This document shows positions 47,060 through 55,629 of a stretch of DNA of 64,000 bases, in pieces. Position numbers and translations under genes: made by a program. The notes below the pieces were generated by a model. That model ran no database searches, was not told where the DNA came from, and saw only the letters and a program-made list of their open reading frames with translations. The DNA is taken from positions 186,001 to 250,000 of the IMG/VR virus record IMGVR_UViG_3300042922_000643; one strand, 5' to 3'. Within the stretch, counting starts at the first letter, position 1. Every line of letters starts with the position of its first letter.

Positions 47060-47839
47060 ATGGCAAATGAATCTGTTCAAGCTCCAGCTCCGACGGCTGC
47101 AACACCGAAAATTACCATTGAAATTATGGCAGACCATGCACAAATTACCACCGTGAAAAACGGTGTTCATGCAGTTAAAAGTACAACTCTTGCGGATATT
47201 CAAAGCGTTCTTGTTCGTGACCGTTCACTTGAGACTCCCCTTCTTCCAGGGGAGTTTGGAACTCAGAAGTATATCGCTTCAGGTTCCCGTGAATTGTACG
47301 CAGTAACGACTCCTGAGCATATTCGCAAGGTGACTTTCGATGCTCGTGGAGATGGCCGCGGACTTGTTGAATACAAGATTCCAGTTCCATCAATGCTCTG
47401 GATCATGATCGTTAATTGTAAGGACAATCGTCGTAGTTTGCATCACACCATGGCGTACGCAATTCGGAATCCTATCCTTAGTGAAAGAGATCCGATGTAC
47501 GTATTCCCGTTCTCTAATGTGAATCATGAGTACTGCTGCTGGGGTGAAAATGAAGTTTCGATCAGCATCCCAAAAAGTATTCAAACGATCCCTGATCAGT
47601 TCATGTCGGGCTACTTTAACAGTGATCTTGACGGCAATAAATTCCAATCATTCGATTGGAAGAAAAATGACCGTGTGATTTCCGCATTCCGTACGAGTCA
47701 TTTCTTTGAATATCTGGACGAAGAACAGAAGAAAGCTGAAGCCGACGGCAAGAACGCGGAATTCAAGTGGGATGCTCTTCATTCTGCTAATAAGAACTTC
47801 GCAGAAGCCATTGCTCAAGAAGCTCGGCGCTTAGGCTAA
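47060..47839 (+). CDS. prokaryotic E2-like protein (PRTRC protein B / Prok-E2 family D type)
   Basis: PSMLWI...YVFPFSNV..YCCWG...FMSGYFNSDL. Confidence 0.8.
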   Translation: MANESVQAPAPTAATPKITIEIMADHAQITTVKNGVHAVKSTTLADIQSVLVRDRSLETPLLPGEFGTQKYIASGSRELYAVTTPEHIRKVTFDARGDGRGLVEYKIPVPSMLWIMIVNCKDNRRSLHHTMAYAIRNPILSERDPMYVFPFSNVNHEYCCWGENEVSISIPKSIQTIPDQFMSGYFNSDLDGNKFQSFDWKKNDRVISAFRTSHFFEYLDEEQKKAEADGKNAEFKWDALHSANKNFAEAIAQEARRLG

Positions 47840-47984
47840 GAAGGAGAGGAATGTTGTGATCGAATACTGGAAACAGCGCTGGAATCTTGATATCGGCTTT
47901 ATAACCGAATACTGGTGGTTGTATATCATTCTTGCAGTCGTATATGTTCTTGTCTTTCTTTTTATGAAAGGACGGGATTAAGAT

Positions 47985-48413
47985 ATGCCACGCAAACCTT
48001 GTATAACTCACAATGATGTTAAAATTTGGCGGGTATACGACGGCGGAGATTCAAGAGCTTATTGGTTTGCGTGGCATCCTGGCCATACAGAGGACGGCGA
48101 CGATTTCCAATTCGATGTTCGTGATCTTTCCACTTACCGTCGTAGCTATGAAGAATATATTAAACAAGGTATGTCTGCTGCAAAAGCTTACGCAGGTTAT
48201 CAGTCAGATATCAGAAGATTCATTAAGGAGGCCATTGATAAAGAAGAGATACTTCCTGATGGCCCCATCCCTCGTGATGACAACAATATTAAAGAACATC
48301 GTCCCGAAAAGCTGAAGTTAATTCGTGAAGTTTATGAAGCTAAGCGGCGGCAAACTTGGGAAGAAATGATCAATCGTTTTAATAAATCAAAATCGGAAGG
48401 AATGAGTATATAA
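47985..48413 (+). CDS. hypothetical protein in the Ubl operon
   Basis: 142 aa, overlaps the JAB start. Confidence 0.65.
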   Translation: MPRKPCITHNDVKIWRVYDGGDSRAYWFAWHPGHTEDGDDFQFDVRDLSTYRRSYEEYIKQGMSAAKAYAGYQSDIRRFIKEAIDKEEILPDGPIPRDDNNIKEHRPEKLKLIREVYEAKRRQTWEEMINRFNKSKSEGMSI

Positions 48414-49789
48414 TGACAAAGAAAGAAAAAGCATTGGCAGCAGCAGCGGCAGCTGAAGCAACAACTGGAACAGCAACTACGGAGGTAACGGCTCCTGTTC
48501 AAACAAGAGAAGAAGCAATGGCAGCGTTTCGTGCTCAACTTGCTGGTGAAATTTGCCAGTATGTACCATTCTCCGTTGGCTTAACTCTTGATGATGTATC
48601 GAATATGCCTACAAACGTTGTTATCGCAAAAAATGGTCTGTTTCGTGTATCCAAGACACCTATCGGTTATTTTGCAACTCAGCTGGCCGTAGGAGACGCT
48701 AAATTCGTTATTCCTGGTGTTCAGGAAATCAAGAAGGGTGTTACGCTTTCTATTCCAAAAATTCCTTTCGAGTACTGGCTGGAAGTTCTGTCATTTTATC
48801 GTGATGTATATAACAAGGATAAAACAGAAGCATCATTATTGTTCTTCTGGAATGACCGCGAAATTACATTGCCTACTGAATTCACTGATGGTACTCCGAT
48901 TAAAGGTCTTTCGGAACGCGGCCAGCTAATCATGTATTGTCCGTCCCAGAAGAATAGTAGCGGTCTTTCAAACTTCACAGCAGATACTATGGTTCCATGG
49001 CTGCGGACGAACACAACGCCGTTACTCGAAACCCATTCTCACCATACAATGGGCGCTTTCTGGTCGTCAACGGATAATGACAATGAGAATATGAATCAGT
49101 TCTATGGCGTCTACGGTGAAATTTTGAAACCTGATCCAAAATTCCTTTTCCGTTATGTGCATGGAACAGACAAGTCGGATATTGACTTCTATGAACTGTT
49201 TGAAAAACCTGTCACTATTACTCAGGTTATCATCGGCGATAAAGTAATTGATATTCAAAATGCCGTAGAATACAAAGGTCCATGGCCAAATCTTGAATAT
49301 CCTGCTGACTGGATGGAGAAACACGCTGTTAGTTACACAGTGACTCCCAGTTATGGCGGCGCAGCGGGTGGATATGGACGTGGCGGCCAGGGCGGTGGAT
49401 ACGGTCAAAATAATGGATATGGTTATGGCGGCGGCGCAAGCGGGTACGGACGCGGTGGTCTTGGCTATGATGATGACTATGTTGCAAGCCAATATCGTGC
49501 AGGAGCTGGAGGAACCGCAGGTGCTGCGGGACAAGCCAAGCTGCTTGAATTCGATGAGAGCAAAAAAAACACCGTGGACGGGGAGGACGTGGCCGATCTG
49601 ACCGACGGAGTGGTCAAAAAGGTTATCGAAACAAAAACAAGCACCGTTGAGATCGTGGCCTTGCAAAGATTGTCCCCCTTTTCCGAAAAGCAGATTTTTT
49701 CGCTTTGTGAGGAATTGTCAGAGATGGGCTACGACCAAGTTATTCACGGGACGATCCAAGCGATGATTGGAATGACGGAGGAGGCGTAA
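48413..49789 (+). CDS. JAB/MPN metalloprotease (PRTRC protein A type) with Gly/Tyr-rich tail
   Basis: E (KTEAS) plus ETHSHHTMGAFWSSTD = HxH-x7-S-x2-D JAMM motif. Confidence 0.85.
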   Translation: MTKKEKALAAAAAAEATTGTATTEVTAPVQTREEAMAAFRAQLAGEICQYVPFSVGLTLDDVSNMPTNVVIAKNGLFRVSKTPIGYFATQLAVGDAKFVIPGVQEIKKGVTLSIPKIPFEYWLEVLSFYRDVYNKDKTEASLLFFWNDREITLPTEFTDGTPIKGLSERGQLIMYCPSQKNSSGLSNFTADTMVPWLRTNTTPLLETHSHHTMGAFWSSTDNDNENMNQFYGVYGEILKPDPKFLFRYVHGTDKSDIDFYELFEKPVTITQVIIGDKVIDIQNAVEYKGPWPNLEYPADWMEKHAVSYTVTPSYGGAAGGYGRGGQGGGYGQNNGYGYGGGASGYGRGGLGYDDDYVASQYRAGAGGTAGAAGQAKLLEFDESKKNTVDGEDVADLTDGVVKKVIETKTSTVEIVALQRLSPFSEKQIFSLCEELSEMGYDQVIHGTIQAMIGMTEEA

Positions 49790-49835
49790 TTGCCTCCTGT
49801 TTTTCTTTACTAAAAATTGATCGGAGGAATGGAAA

Positions 49836-50798
49836 ATGGATTTTGAATTGAAAAATAACTTCGTATTGGATGTAAAAGCAAATGAACCAAAACATTTTGT
49901 ACTGATCGGTTGCGGCGGTAATGGCGCATATTTCATTCGGGACTTCATTCGTCAAGTTGCTATTCAAAACATGCAAATGTCTATGTCTTTGGATAAACGT
50001 TCGCACTGCGTTACTGTTATCGATGCCGACGAAGTTGAAGACAAGAATTTGACTCGTCAAAACTTCGTACAGAAGGACGTCGGATCTAATAAATCACAGA
50101 TTCTTGCAAATCGTTACGGTTCAGCTTTCGGCGTACCGATTCGGTATGTGCCCGAATATATTCAGAACGAAGAGCATCTTTTGTCTATCATTCAGGGACA
50201 ACCAGGAACGCCTGTCATCCTCGGAGCTGTCGATAACAATAAGACCCGTAAGATCATCTATGATACCTATAAGAAGCTCAGCGGAGCCTTCTGGATCGAT
50301 GCTGGTAACGAGCAATATGCAGGCCAGGTTGTTTGTGGGTATAACTACCCTAGCGCACCTGACACAAGCAAAGCTCGGGAACCTCATCAGTTCTATATGC
50401 CTTGTGCAATTGATATTTATCCTGAAATCGCTGAAGCAACAGATAAACTTCCTGGTGAATTGTCCTGCGCAGAACGTTCAGTATCTGCACCGCAGAACAT
50501 TTTCACAAATATCACAGCTGCAACAATCATGATGGGATTTGCGAATATCATTCTCACCGCATCGAATGTTGCTGAAGGCGAAGGACTTCGCTGTCATGCT
50601 GTAACTTTCAATACTCATAATACCATCGCTCAGACTACTCGATTGAATCATGAAGATTTATTAGCTGCACGCTATGTAGCTCCTCCTGTAGCTGAAGCAC
50701 CAGAAGCTCCAGTCCCTACACCAGCGGTGAAGAAACCTGCATCCAAGAAAAAGAAAGCTCCTGCATCCGCTGCTCCTGTTCCTGCACCAACAGCATAA
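49836..50798 (+). CDS. E1-like ThiF-family adenylyltransferase (PRTRC ThiF type)
   Basis: LIGCGGNG, IDADEVEDKNLTRQNF, KS..LA.RY, VDNNKTR, DAGNE, ELSCAE (candidate catalytic Cys). Confidence 0.9.
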   Translation: MDFELKNNFVLDVKANEPKHFVLIGCGGNGAYFIRDFIRQVAIQNMQMSMSLDKRSHCVTVIDADEVEDKNLTRQNFVQKDVGSNKSQILANRYGSAFGVPIRYVPEYIQNEEHLLSIIQGQPGTPVILGAVDNNKTRKIIYDTYKKLSGAFWIDAGNEQYAGQVVCGYNYPSAPDTSKAREPHQFYMPCAIDIYPEIAEATDKLPGELSCAERSVSAPQNIFTNITAATIMMGFANIILTASNVAEGEGLRCHAVTFNTHNTIAQTTRLNHEDLLAARYVAPPVAEAPEAPVPTPAVKKPASKKKKAPASAAPVPAPTA

Positions 50799-50861
50799 CT
50801 GAATAAAAAAATGAAGGGGGAGGCGACTCTCCCTTGTACATATTATATTGAAGGAGGCGCT

Positions 50862-51278
50862 ATGATGCTTGAATTTGGTAACCGTCGGCGAATAGTCCGA
50901 CTTGAAAATAAAGTAATCGAACTGTTGAAAGAAAACAAAGAGCTTCAAAAAAGTTTAAAGGAAAAAAGAAAGTTCTACGATCCTCAATGGGGAAAAGAAA
51001 TCACCGTCTCTCCTTATGTATTTGAAAGGTATATCAAACATATAGGCCGACCCACTCTTGGAGGATACCTGGTATATTGTGAAGATGGTACTTCTTATAC
51101 GGTAAATATCGACGAAGAAATGAGTGACGGATATATCCGTTTTGAACAAGCTTTTGAAGAACCACACGGGGAATGTAAATATTGTTCTAAATTTTTTAAA
51201 CTTTTTGATGGGTACCCGAAAGATAGTCCTGATTTTTGTAGCCATGACTGCTATAATCGTTTCTTAAAGGAGACTTAA
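50862..51278 (+). CDS. hypothetical protein with treble-clef Zn finger
   Basis: CKYC...FCSHDC. Confidence 0.65.
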   Translation: MMLEFGNRRRIVRLENKVIELLKENKELQKSLKEKRKFYDPQWGKEITVSPYVFERYIKHIGRPTLGGYLVYCEDGTSYTVNIDEEMSDGYIRFEQAFEEPHGECKYCSKFFKLFDGYPKDSPDFCSHDCYNRFLKET

Positions 51279-51279
51279 C

Positions 51280-51585
51280 ATGAAAGTCCTACTTCCTAAT
51301 GGAAATTGGCCTTATAGTTTTAGACCTCAATTACCGTGTGCTGTCTTGATGACTATTCAATATGAACAGAAAATTTATCATCTTATTCATAGATCAAATT
51401 ATAATCCTATTTCCTATTCGGGTCTTTTACCTAGAGCCCAATTGCTTTACATTGATCCTAATCATACCCACTTACTTACTCTAATCAATTTTTCAGATTT
51501 TATGTGGACTGAAGAATCAGAGATTGATCTGTTCGAAGAATTTAATAATGAGTATCTATCCCACAAATTACTTACCGATTTCTAG
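51280..51585 (+). CDS. small protein with C-terminal motif variant
   Basis: ends FNNEYLSHKLLTDF. Confidence 0.6.
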   Translation: MKVLLPNGNWPYSFRPQLPCAVLMTIQYEQKIYHLIHRSNYNPISYSGLLPRAQLLYIDPNHTHLLTLINFSDFMWTEESEIDLFEEFNNEYLSHKLLTDF

Positions 51586-51919
51586 GACCAAGAAAGGAAT
51601 CAGTTTCTGGCTCTTTTCTTGGTCCTAGAAAAAGATGTTTCCACCTTTTACGACTCTGACATTGCGGAAACAAGAGTTCGTTCACGCGAAGGCTGAACTT
51701 ATTCTACTTTTTTTCTTCAACGACAAAATCCCACCTCTCCCCTTTCTATGACTAAACTAGAAAGTGATTACAATGTAACGGCCCGTCCAAAAGGCGTCAG
51801 TGGTTTTGTAGGATGCTATCCACGAGGGATAGCGGGATCGAGAGAGCACCAGGAAGTTTCGTGGGGACCTGGGTAAAAGTGAAGCATCTTTCTAGAACCA
51901 ACCAAATGAGGTGATCGTT

Positions 51920-52234
51920 ATGAGTATGGAAGGTATTCTTAAATTCTATCCAGAAGGTTCTATTATCTGGAAAGGAAAACACGATACAAGAGATAATTAC
52001 TGTTTTATTAAAGTAGTAAATCGTGAAAGTGGTTGCTCAATCCCTAAAGAATGTTATGAATATTTACACAAAATAGGATTAGGTGAGTTTACTCATGAAG
52101 GTAGAAGTTGGCCCTATACGTTGAGTAAAGGCTGGTCTACTATGGTAGATAGTCTCGACGGTATAGAAGTGGTTCCGCCTTTTCATATAAATAATGATAC
52201 TCTTATCCATATGCTTTTGGACGAGGAGGATTAA
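51920..52234 (+). CDS. paralog family G protein with C-terminal motif
   Basis: FYPEGSIIWKG...CSIPKECYEYL; ends INNDTLIHMLLDEED. Confidence 0.75.
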   Translation: MSMEGILKFYPEGSIIWKGKHDTRDNYCFIKVVNRESGCSIPKECYEYLHKIGLGEFTHEGRSWPYTLSKGWSTMVDSLDGIEVVPPFHINNDTLIHMLLDEED

Positions 52235-52237
52235 TCT

Positions 52238-52579
52238 ATGCGTCCTAATGATTATATTACAAAATATGTTCCTGACGGAGCAATTGTCTGGGCAGGTTTG
52301 GACCCAAGTTCTTCATACGAAACATATTGCAAGATTTATGTTTACACCTGGAGGGCTTTTGATGAGTGTTATATCCCAGATGAATGTGCCAAATATTTAA
52401 AGCGTATGGGACTGCAAGATTATATTTACCGTGACCCACATTCTAATGGTTATTTAAAAGGCGAATATCGTTTAATGGGTGGATATTATACTTCTTGTGA
52501 TAGAATGACATATGAAACTGTTTATTCTTTTAACAATTCAACTGCTATTACTTTTTTACCAGATTTGGAGGAGCACTAA
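52238..52579 (+). CDS. paralog family G protein with C-terminal motif
   Basis: YVPDGAIVWAG...CYIPDECAKYL; ends FNNSTAITFLPDLEEH. Confidence 0.75.
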   Translation: MRPNDYITKYVPDGAIVWAGLDPSSSYETYCKIYVYTWRAFDECYIPDECAKYLKRMGLQDYIYRDPHSNGYLKGEYRLMGGYYTSCDRMTYETVYSFNNSTAITFLPDLEEH

Positions 52580-52881
52580 TGAATAGTATAGCTGACTTCT
52601 TTCCAGTTAAAAGTGTACTTTGGTCGGGGTTGTCACCGATAGTTAATAGTACCTGTCATATCGAAGTTTGTAGTGACCCTTCCCACCACTGCTATATACC
52701 TCCAGAATGTGCTAAATTTTTAATAAGCATGGGGTATAAAGAATGCATAGTGGAAGATTATTACTCCTGGGAATACGCTTTAAGAGGAGGATTCCATGTA
52801 GGTGGCTTAAAAGAACCAACAGTCACTTTTAAACAAATCTCCAATTCTACTTTTGCAGAATTTTTGAAAGATACTGAATGA
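52579..52881 (+). CDS. paralog family G protein with C-terminal motif
   Basis: FFPVKSVLWSG...CYIPPECAKFL; ends ISNSTFAEFLKDTE. Confidence 0.75.
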   Translation: MNSIADFFPVKSVLWSGLSPIVNSTCHIEVCSDPSHHCYIPPECAKFLISMGYKECIVEDYYSWEYALRGGFHVGGLKEPTVTFKQISNSTFAEFLKDTE

Positions 52882-52886
52882 AGGTA

Positions 52887-52915
52887 TTGCAACTGTATTG
52901 ACGTTATGGTACAAT
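52887..52915 (+). promoter_or_regulatory. sigmaA-type promoter
   Basis: TTGCAA, 17-nt spacer, extended -10 TG-N-TACAAT. Confidence 0.7.
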
Positions 52916-52966
52916 CATTTTTGTTGAGAAGTGATCGGGAAAATACATTAAAAAGGTGGAGATAAA

Positions 52967-53515
52967 ATGAACCCAGTTCGAGAAGAAAATAAGATTACAA
53001 TTGCTGAAACCGTTGCTGTAAAAACCTATATGACACGTCACCTCAGCGAGCTGCAATCGGAGCGTACTCGTGCTGCTACAGAGGAAGTCGATAAAGGCGC
53101 TACTGCTGAAATTCCAGCACGTAACGTTGATGTAATCACAGATGAAATCTGGGAAACGTTCAAAGATATTCGAACTATTGAAAATCTCCTTGAACAAGCC
53201 AACATTCAAAATTATGTTGAATGGGATGGGCAAAAGATCACTGTTAGCGAAGCAATCTCTTTCGCTAAACAAATTCGTAGCCAAATTGATACGCTGAAGA
53301 GTCTCGGCCAACGAAAGAAGATTGATAAGGTTCCAAATCGTCCATTTGGCACAACGGATTCGGTTCCCCAAATTCGTGTGGCTCTTTACGATCCTGATAA
53401 ATACCGTGAATATGCGGCAAAGCTGGAACGTCAAGTCAATGCTCTTTCTAGAGACATTGATCACTCGAATCACACGAATTATATCGTGTTTGACGCTTCA
53501 AAATATATCGGATAA
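52967..53515 (+). CDS. DIP1984-like helical protein
   Basis: ITIAE.V..K...SELQSE...AN.QNYVEWDGQKITVSEAI..A.Q.R...YDPDKYR..A.KLERQ...L...I...N pattern. Confidence 0.6.
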   Translation: MNPVREENKITIAETVAVKTYMTRHLSELQSERTRAATEEVDKGATAEIPARNVDVITDEIWETFKDIRTIENLLEQANIQNYVEWDGQKITVSEAISFAKQIRSQIDTLKSLGQRKKIDKVPNRPFGTTDSVPQIRVALYDPDKYREYAAKLERQVNALSRDIDHSNHTNYIVFDASKYIG

Positions 53516-53559
53516 TATGGAGGTAGACATAATCATCTTCCTCTTTTACGTAACCTGAG

Positions 53560-54370
53560 CTAGCACTTTGATGCTGCTCAGCTTGAAGGATATAACGTTT
53601 ATACAGTGTTTTCGCTATAGACCGTTGACGCCTTAGCTGCTGAGGTTATATGCGATGTACGGCACTCGAAGACCTTGCATCCTTCAAGCTGAGCGAAGAA
53701 GATTATACGACGTGCTGAAGAGTAGCCATATCCGACGCCTGAGCGAACAGGGGCTAGGCTTTGAAATCCCCTGACTCCTAAGACATTAGCGTCCGAATTC
53801 TTCTCCCCAGCTTGAAGAGTATAAGTGGTAGTAGGCCTGGAAGCAGCCATCTTAAGAGTGGGACAGCGGCTATAACTTGCTCCGTGACACTGGGCTAACT
53901 CGGGTAGCGGATAAAAGCATTTTATAGAGAGGAAATAAGGAGGCACCCCGTAACTGGTAAGGCCGACCTTTCCCTTTAGCGTAATAGCACACCATTTATA
54001 CTTTTCAAGCTGTTTGGGGAACAGCAATCGTCTATTTCCAGAAAATCAGCCTCTATCATGAGGGAGGAGAGAAATCTCCTCCACAGCTTGAAGCTCCCAA
54101 GTTAAATAAAATAGTCGTTCAAATCGACGGCGTGGGTTATCCTCGCCAGCCATTGGAGGCACTTGGGAGTTACAAGCTGTGGGAACACAGCAGCAGGAAG
54201 ATGTGAGCAACAGGGTTCTAGCCAGCTGACCTGGTTAGACGCGTATCGGCGGTGGTTATCCAGCGTGCGAGACACAACCAAACCAACTTGACATTGGTGT
54301 TACCTTAGGCAGGTACAAGAACCAACGTATAAGCGAATAACGGTTGACACCTTACGATAGTCACATCTAA
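53560..54370 (+). ncRNA. large multi-domain structured RNA with six alternately oriented CAGCTTGAAG repeats; contains cassettes F and D
   Basis: stems 53576-53591/53679-53694, 53808-53829/53991-54012, 54081-54102/54161-54182, 54199-54206/54361-54368; no credible ORF. Confidence 0.7.
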
Positions 54371-54494
54371 CATACTCCTTTGGATATTTCCTTTCGGAAA
54401 TTCGGAAAAGTCTCTGCTTCCTGCTTTATTTTAATATTCTCTAGGGGGACACATGGTGTGTCCTCTTTTCCATTTCTATAAGGCGGTGATATTT

Positions 54495-54890
54495 ATGAAT
54501 TACCTTGATCCACGAGAAGGAAAAGAAATCACAGGTAGTACGGGGGAAATCCGCGTCAGACTCGTTGGTGGATCATTTCATGAATCTGCCTTTGCTACTG
54601 TTAAAGAGGGGGACGAAGTTACCCTTCAAAAAGAACCCAAAAATAAATATGACAGATATGCTATTGTAGTGCTCTCTGAAAATAACCGTGTTTTGGGTTA
54701 TATTGCCAATAGAGTAGAAACTATTGGGAGAAACAAAGCAACAAATTCCGCAGCGGATGTATATAGACATATCAACGATAGAACATCAGCTATCATAATT
54801 GATAAGAGTCCAAGCTCTGCCGTACTTTTGATTAATGCTTCGAATGAAGTTTTTTTAAATAGATTAAAGGAGGAGAAGTTCGATGATTAA
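54495..54890 (+). CDS. HIRAN domain protein with C-terminal motif
   Basis: VKEGDEVTLQKEPKNKYDRYAIVVL....LGYI; ends ASNEVFLNRLKEEKFDD. Confidence 0.85.
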   Translation: MNYLDPREGKEITGSTGEIRVRLVGGSFHESAFATVKEGDEVTLQKEPKNKYDRYAIVVLSENNRVLGYIANRVETIGRNKATNSAADVYRHINDRTSAIIIDKSPSSAVLLINASNEVFLNRLKEEKFDD

Positions 54891-55176
54891 TTCTAGATCA
54901 TCTTCTTTAGTAGAATTAATAGAGATGTCTCTCTTAGCTAATCACGAAATTCTAGTTCTTTTATCTCGTAACTCTGGTTTTAGTTCACAAGCTGGAGAAA
55001 AAGAAGTAGGTCGTATTTTAAAATCTATTGGTTATATGAACGAACCTTGGTTTAAAGTTGAATGGAGCATCAGAAGAACTACCAACAATTATCCATTAGA
55101 GGATCTTATCATTATTTCTTCAACGGACTTTAATAATGAAAATCTTTCTAAGATTTATCTTAGAGATATGGATTAG
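54883..55176 (+). CDS. paralog family H protein with C-terminal motif variant
   Basis: VGRI...WFKVEW...NNYPLEDL; ends FNNENLSKIYLRDMD. Confidence 0.7.
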   Translation: MINSRSSSLVELIEMSLLANHEILVLLSRNSGFSSQAGEKEVGRILKSIGYMNEPWFKVEWSIRRTTNNYPLEDLIIISSTDFNNENLSKIYLRDMD

Positions 55177-55190
55177 GAGGTTCGTTCTAT

Positions 55191-55472
55191 ATGATTACAG
55201 AAGAAATTATTTTAAGCCATATTCGTCATGGAAAAGTGATAGAAGTTTTGCTATCTCGATATTCTGAATACGCTGAACAAGCAAAAGAAGATGAAATCGG
55301 AAAAATTACTGGCAAACTGGATGATGATGGTGATCTTGAAGGTATATGGTTTCAAGTCGAATGGGATTCAGGCGATGTGAATTATTATCATTTATCAGAT
55401 CTGATTTTCATTAATTTTTCTACGGATAATTACAGTATGCTTTCTCTTCTCCAAGATATCGACGACGTATAA
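55191..55472 (+). CDS. paralog family H protein with C-terminal motif
   Basis: IGKI...WFQVEW...NYYHLSDL; ends TDNYSMLSLLQDIDDV. Confidence 0.7.
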   Translation: MITEEIILSHIRHGKVIEVLLSRYSEYAEQAKEDEIGKITGKLDDDGDLEGIWFQVEWDSGDVNYYHLSDLIFINFSTDNYSMLSLLQDIDDV

Positions 55473-55610
55473 AGTAAAGTCACAATAGGATTTATACGCT
55501 TCGATATAGTCAAGACCCGTAGTCTATTACTGGGTTGAAGCCACGTAACCTTCCATCGGAAACGTGGCTGTCTATAAATCTGCCGAAGATCCTATTGTGA
55601 CTTTACTTTA
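55470..55610 (+). ncRNA. RNA cassette E
   Basis: perfect 22-bp stem 55470-55491/55589-55610 plus U-G; TATACG 55493-55498; CCGAA 55583-55587. Confidence 0.8.
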
Positions 55611-55629
55611 TAATAAGGTGGGAACATTT

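Noticed and set aside
53576-54182. CRISPR array or shufflon reading of the CAGCTTGAAG repeats
   Set aside because: Repeats alternate in orientation, spacing is irregular, no cas or recombinase gene is seen, and mismatches are G-U-compatible (RNA-level)
55564-55629. Track start of the Pnkp-like ORF at GTG 55564
   Set aside because: This segment lies inside RNA cassette E; ATG 55630 has an SD (AAGGTGGG) and begins the kinase domain
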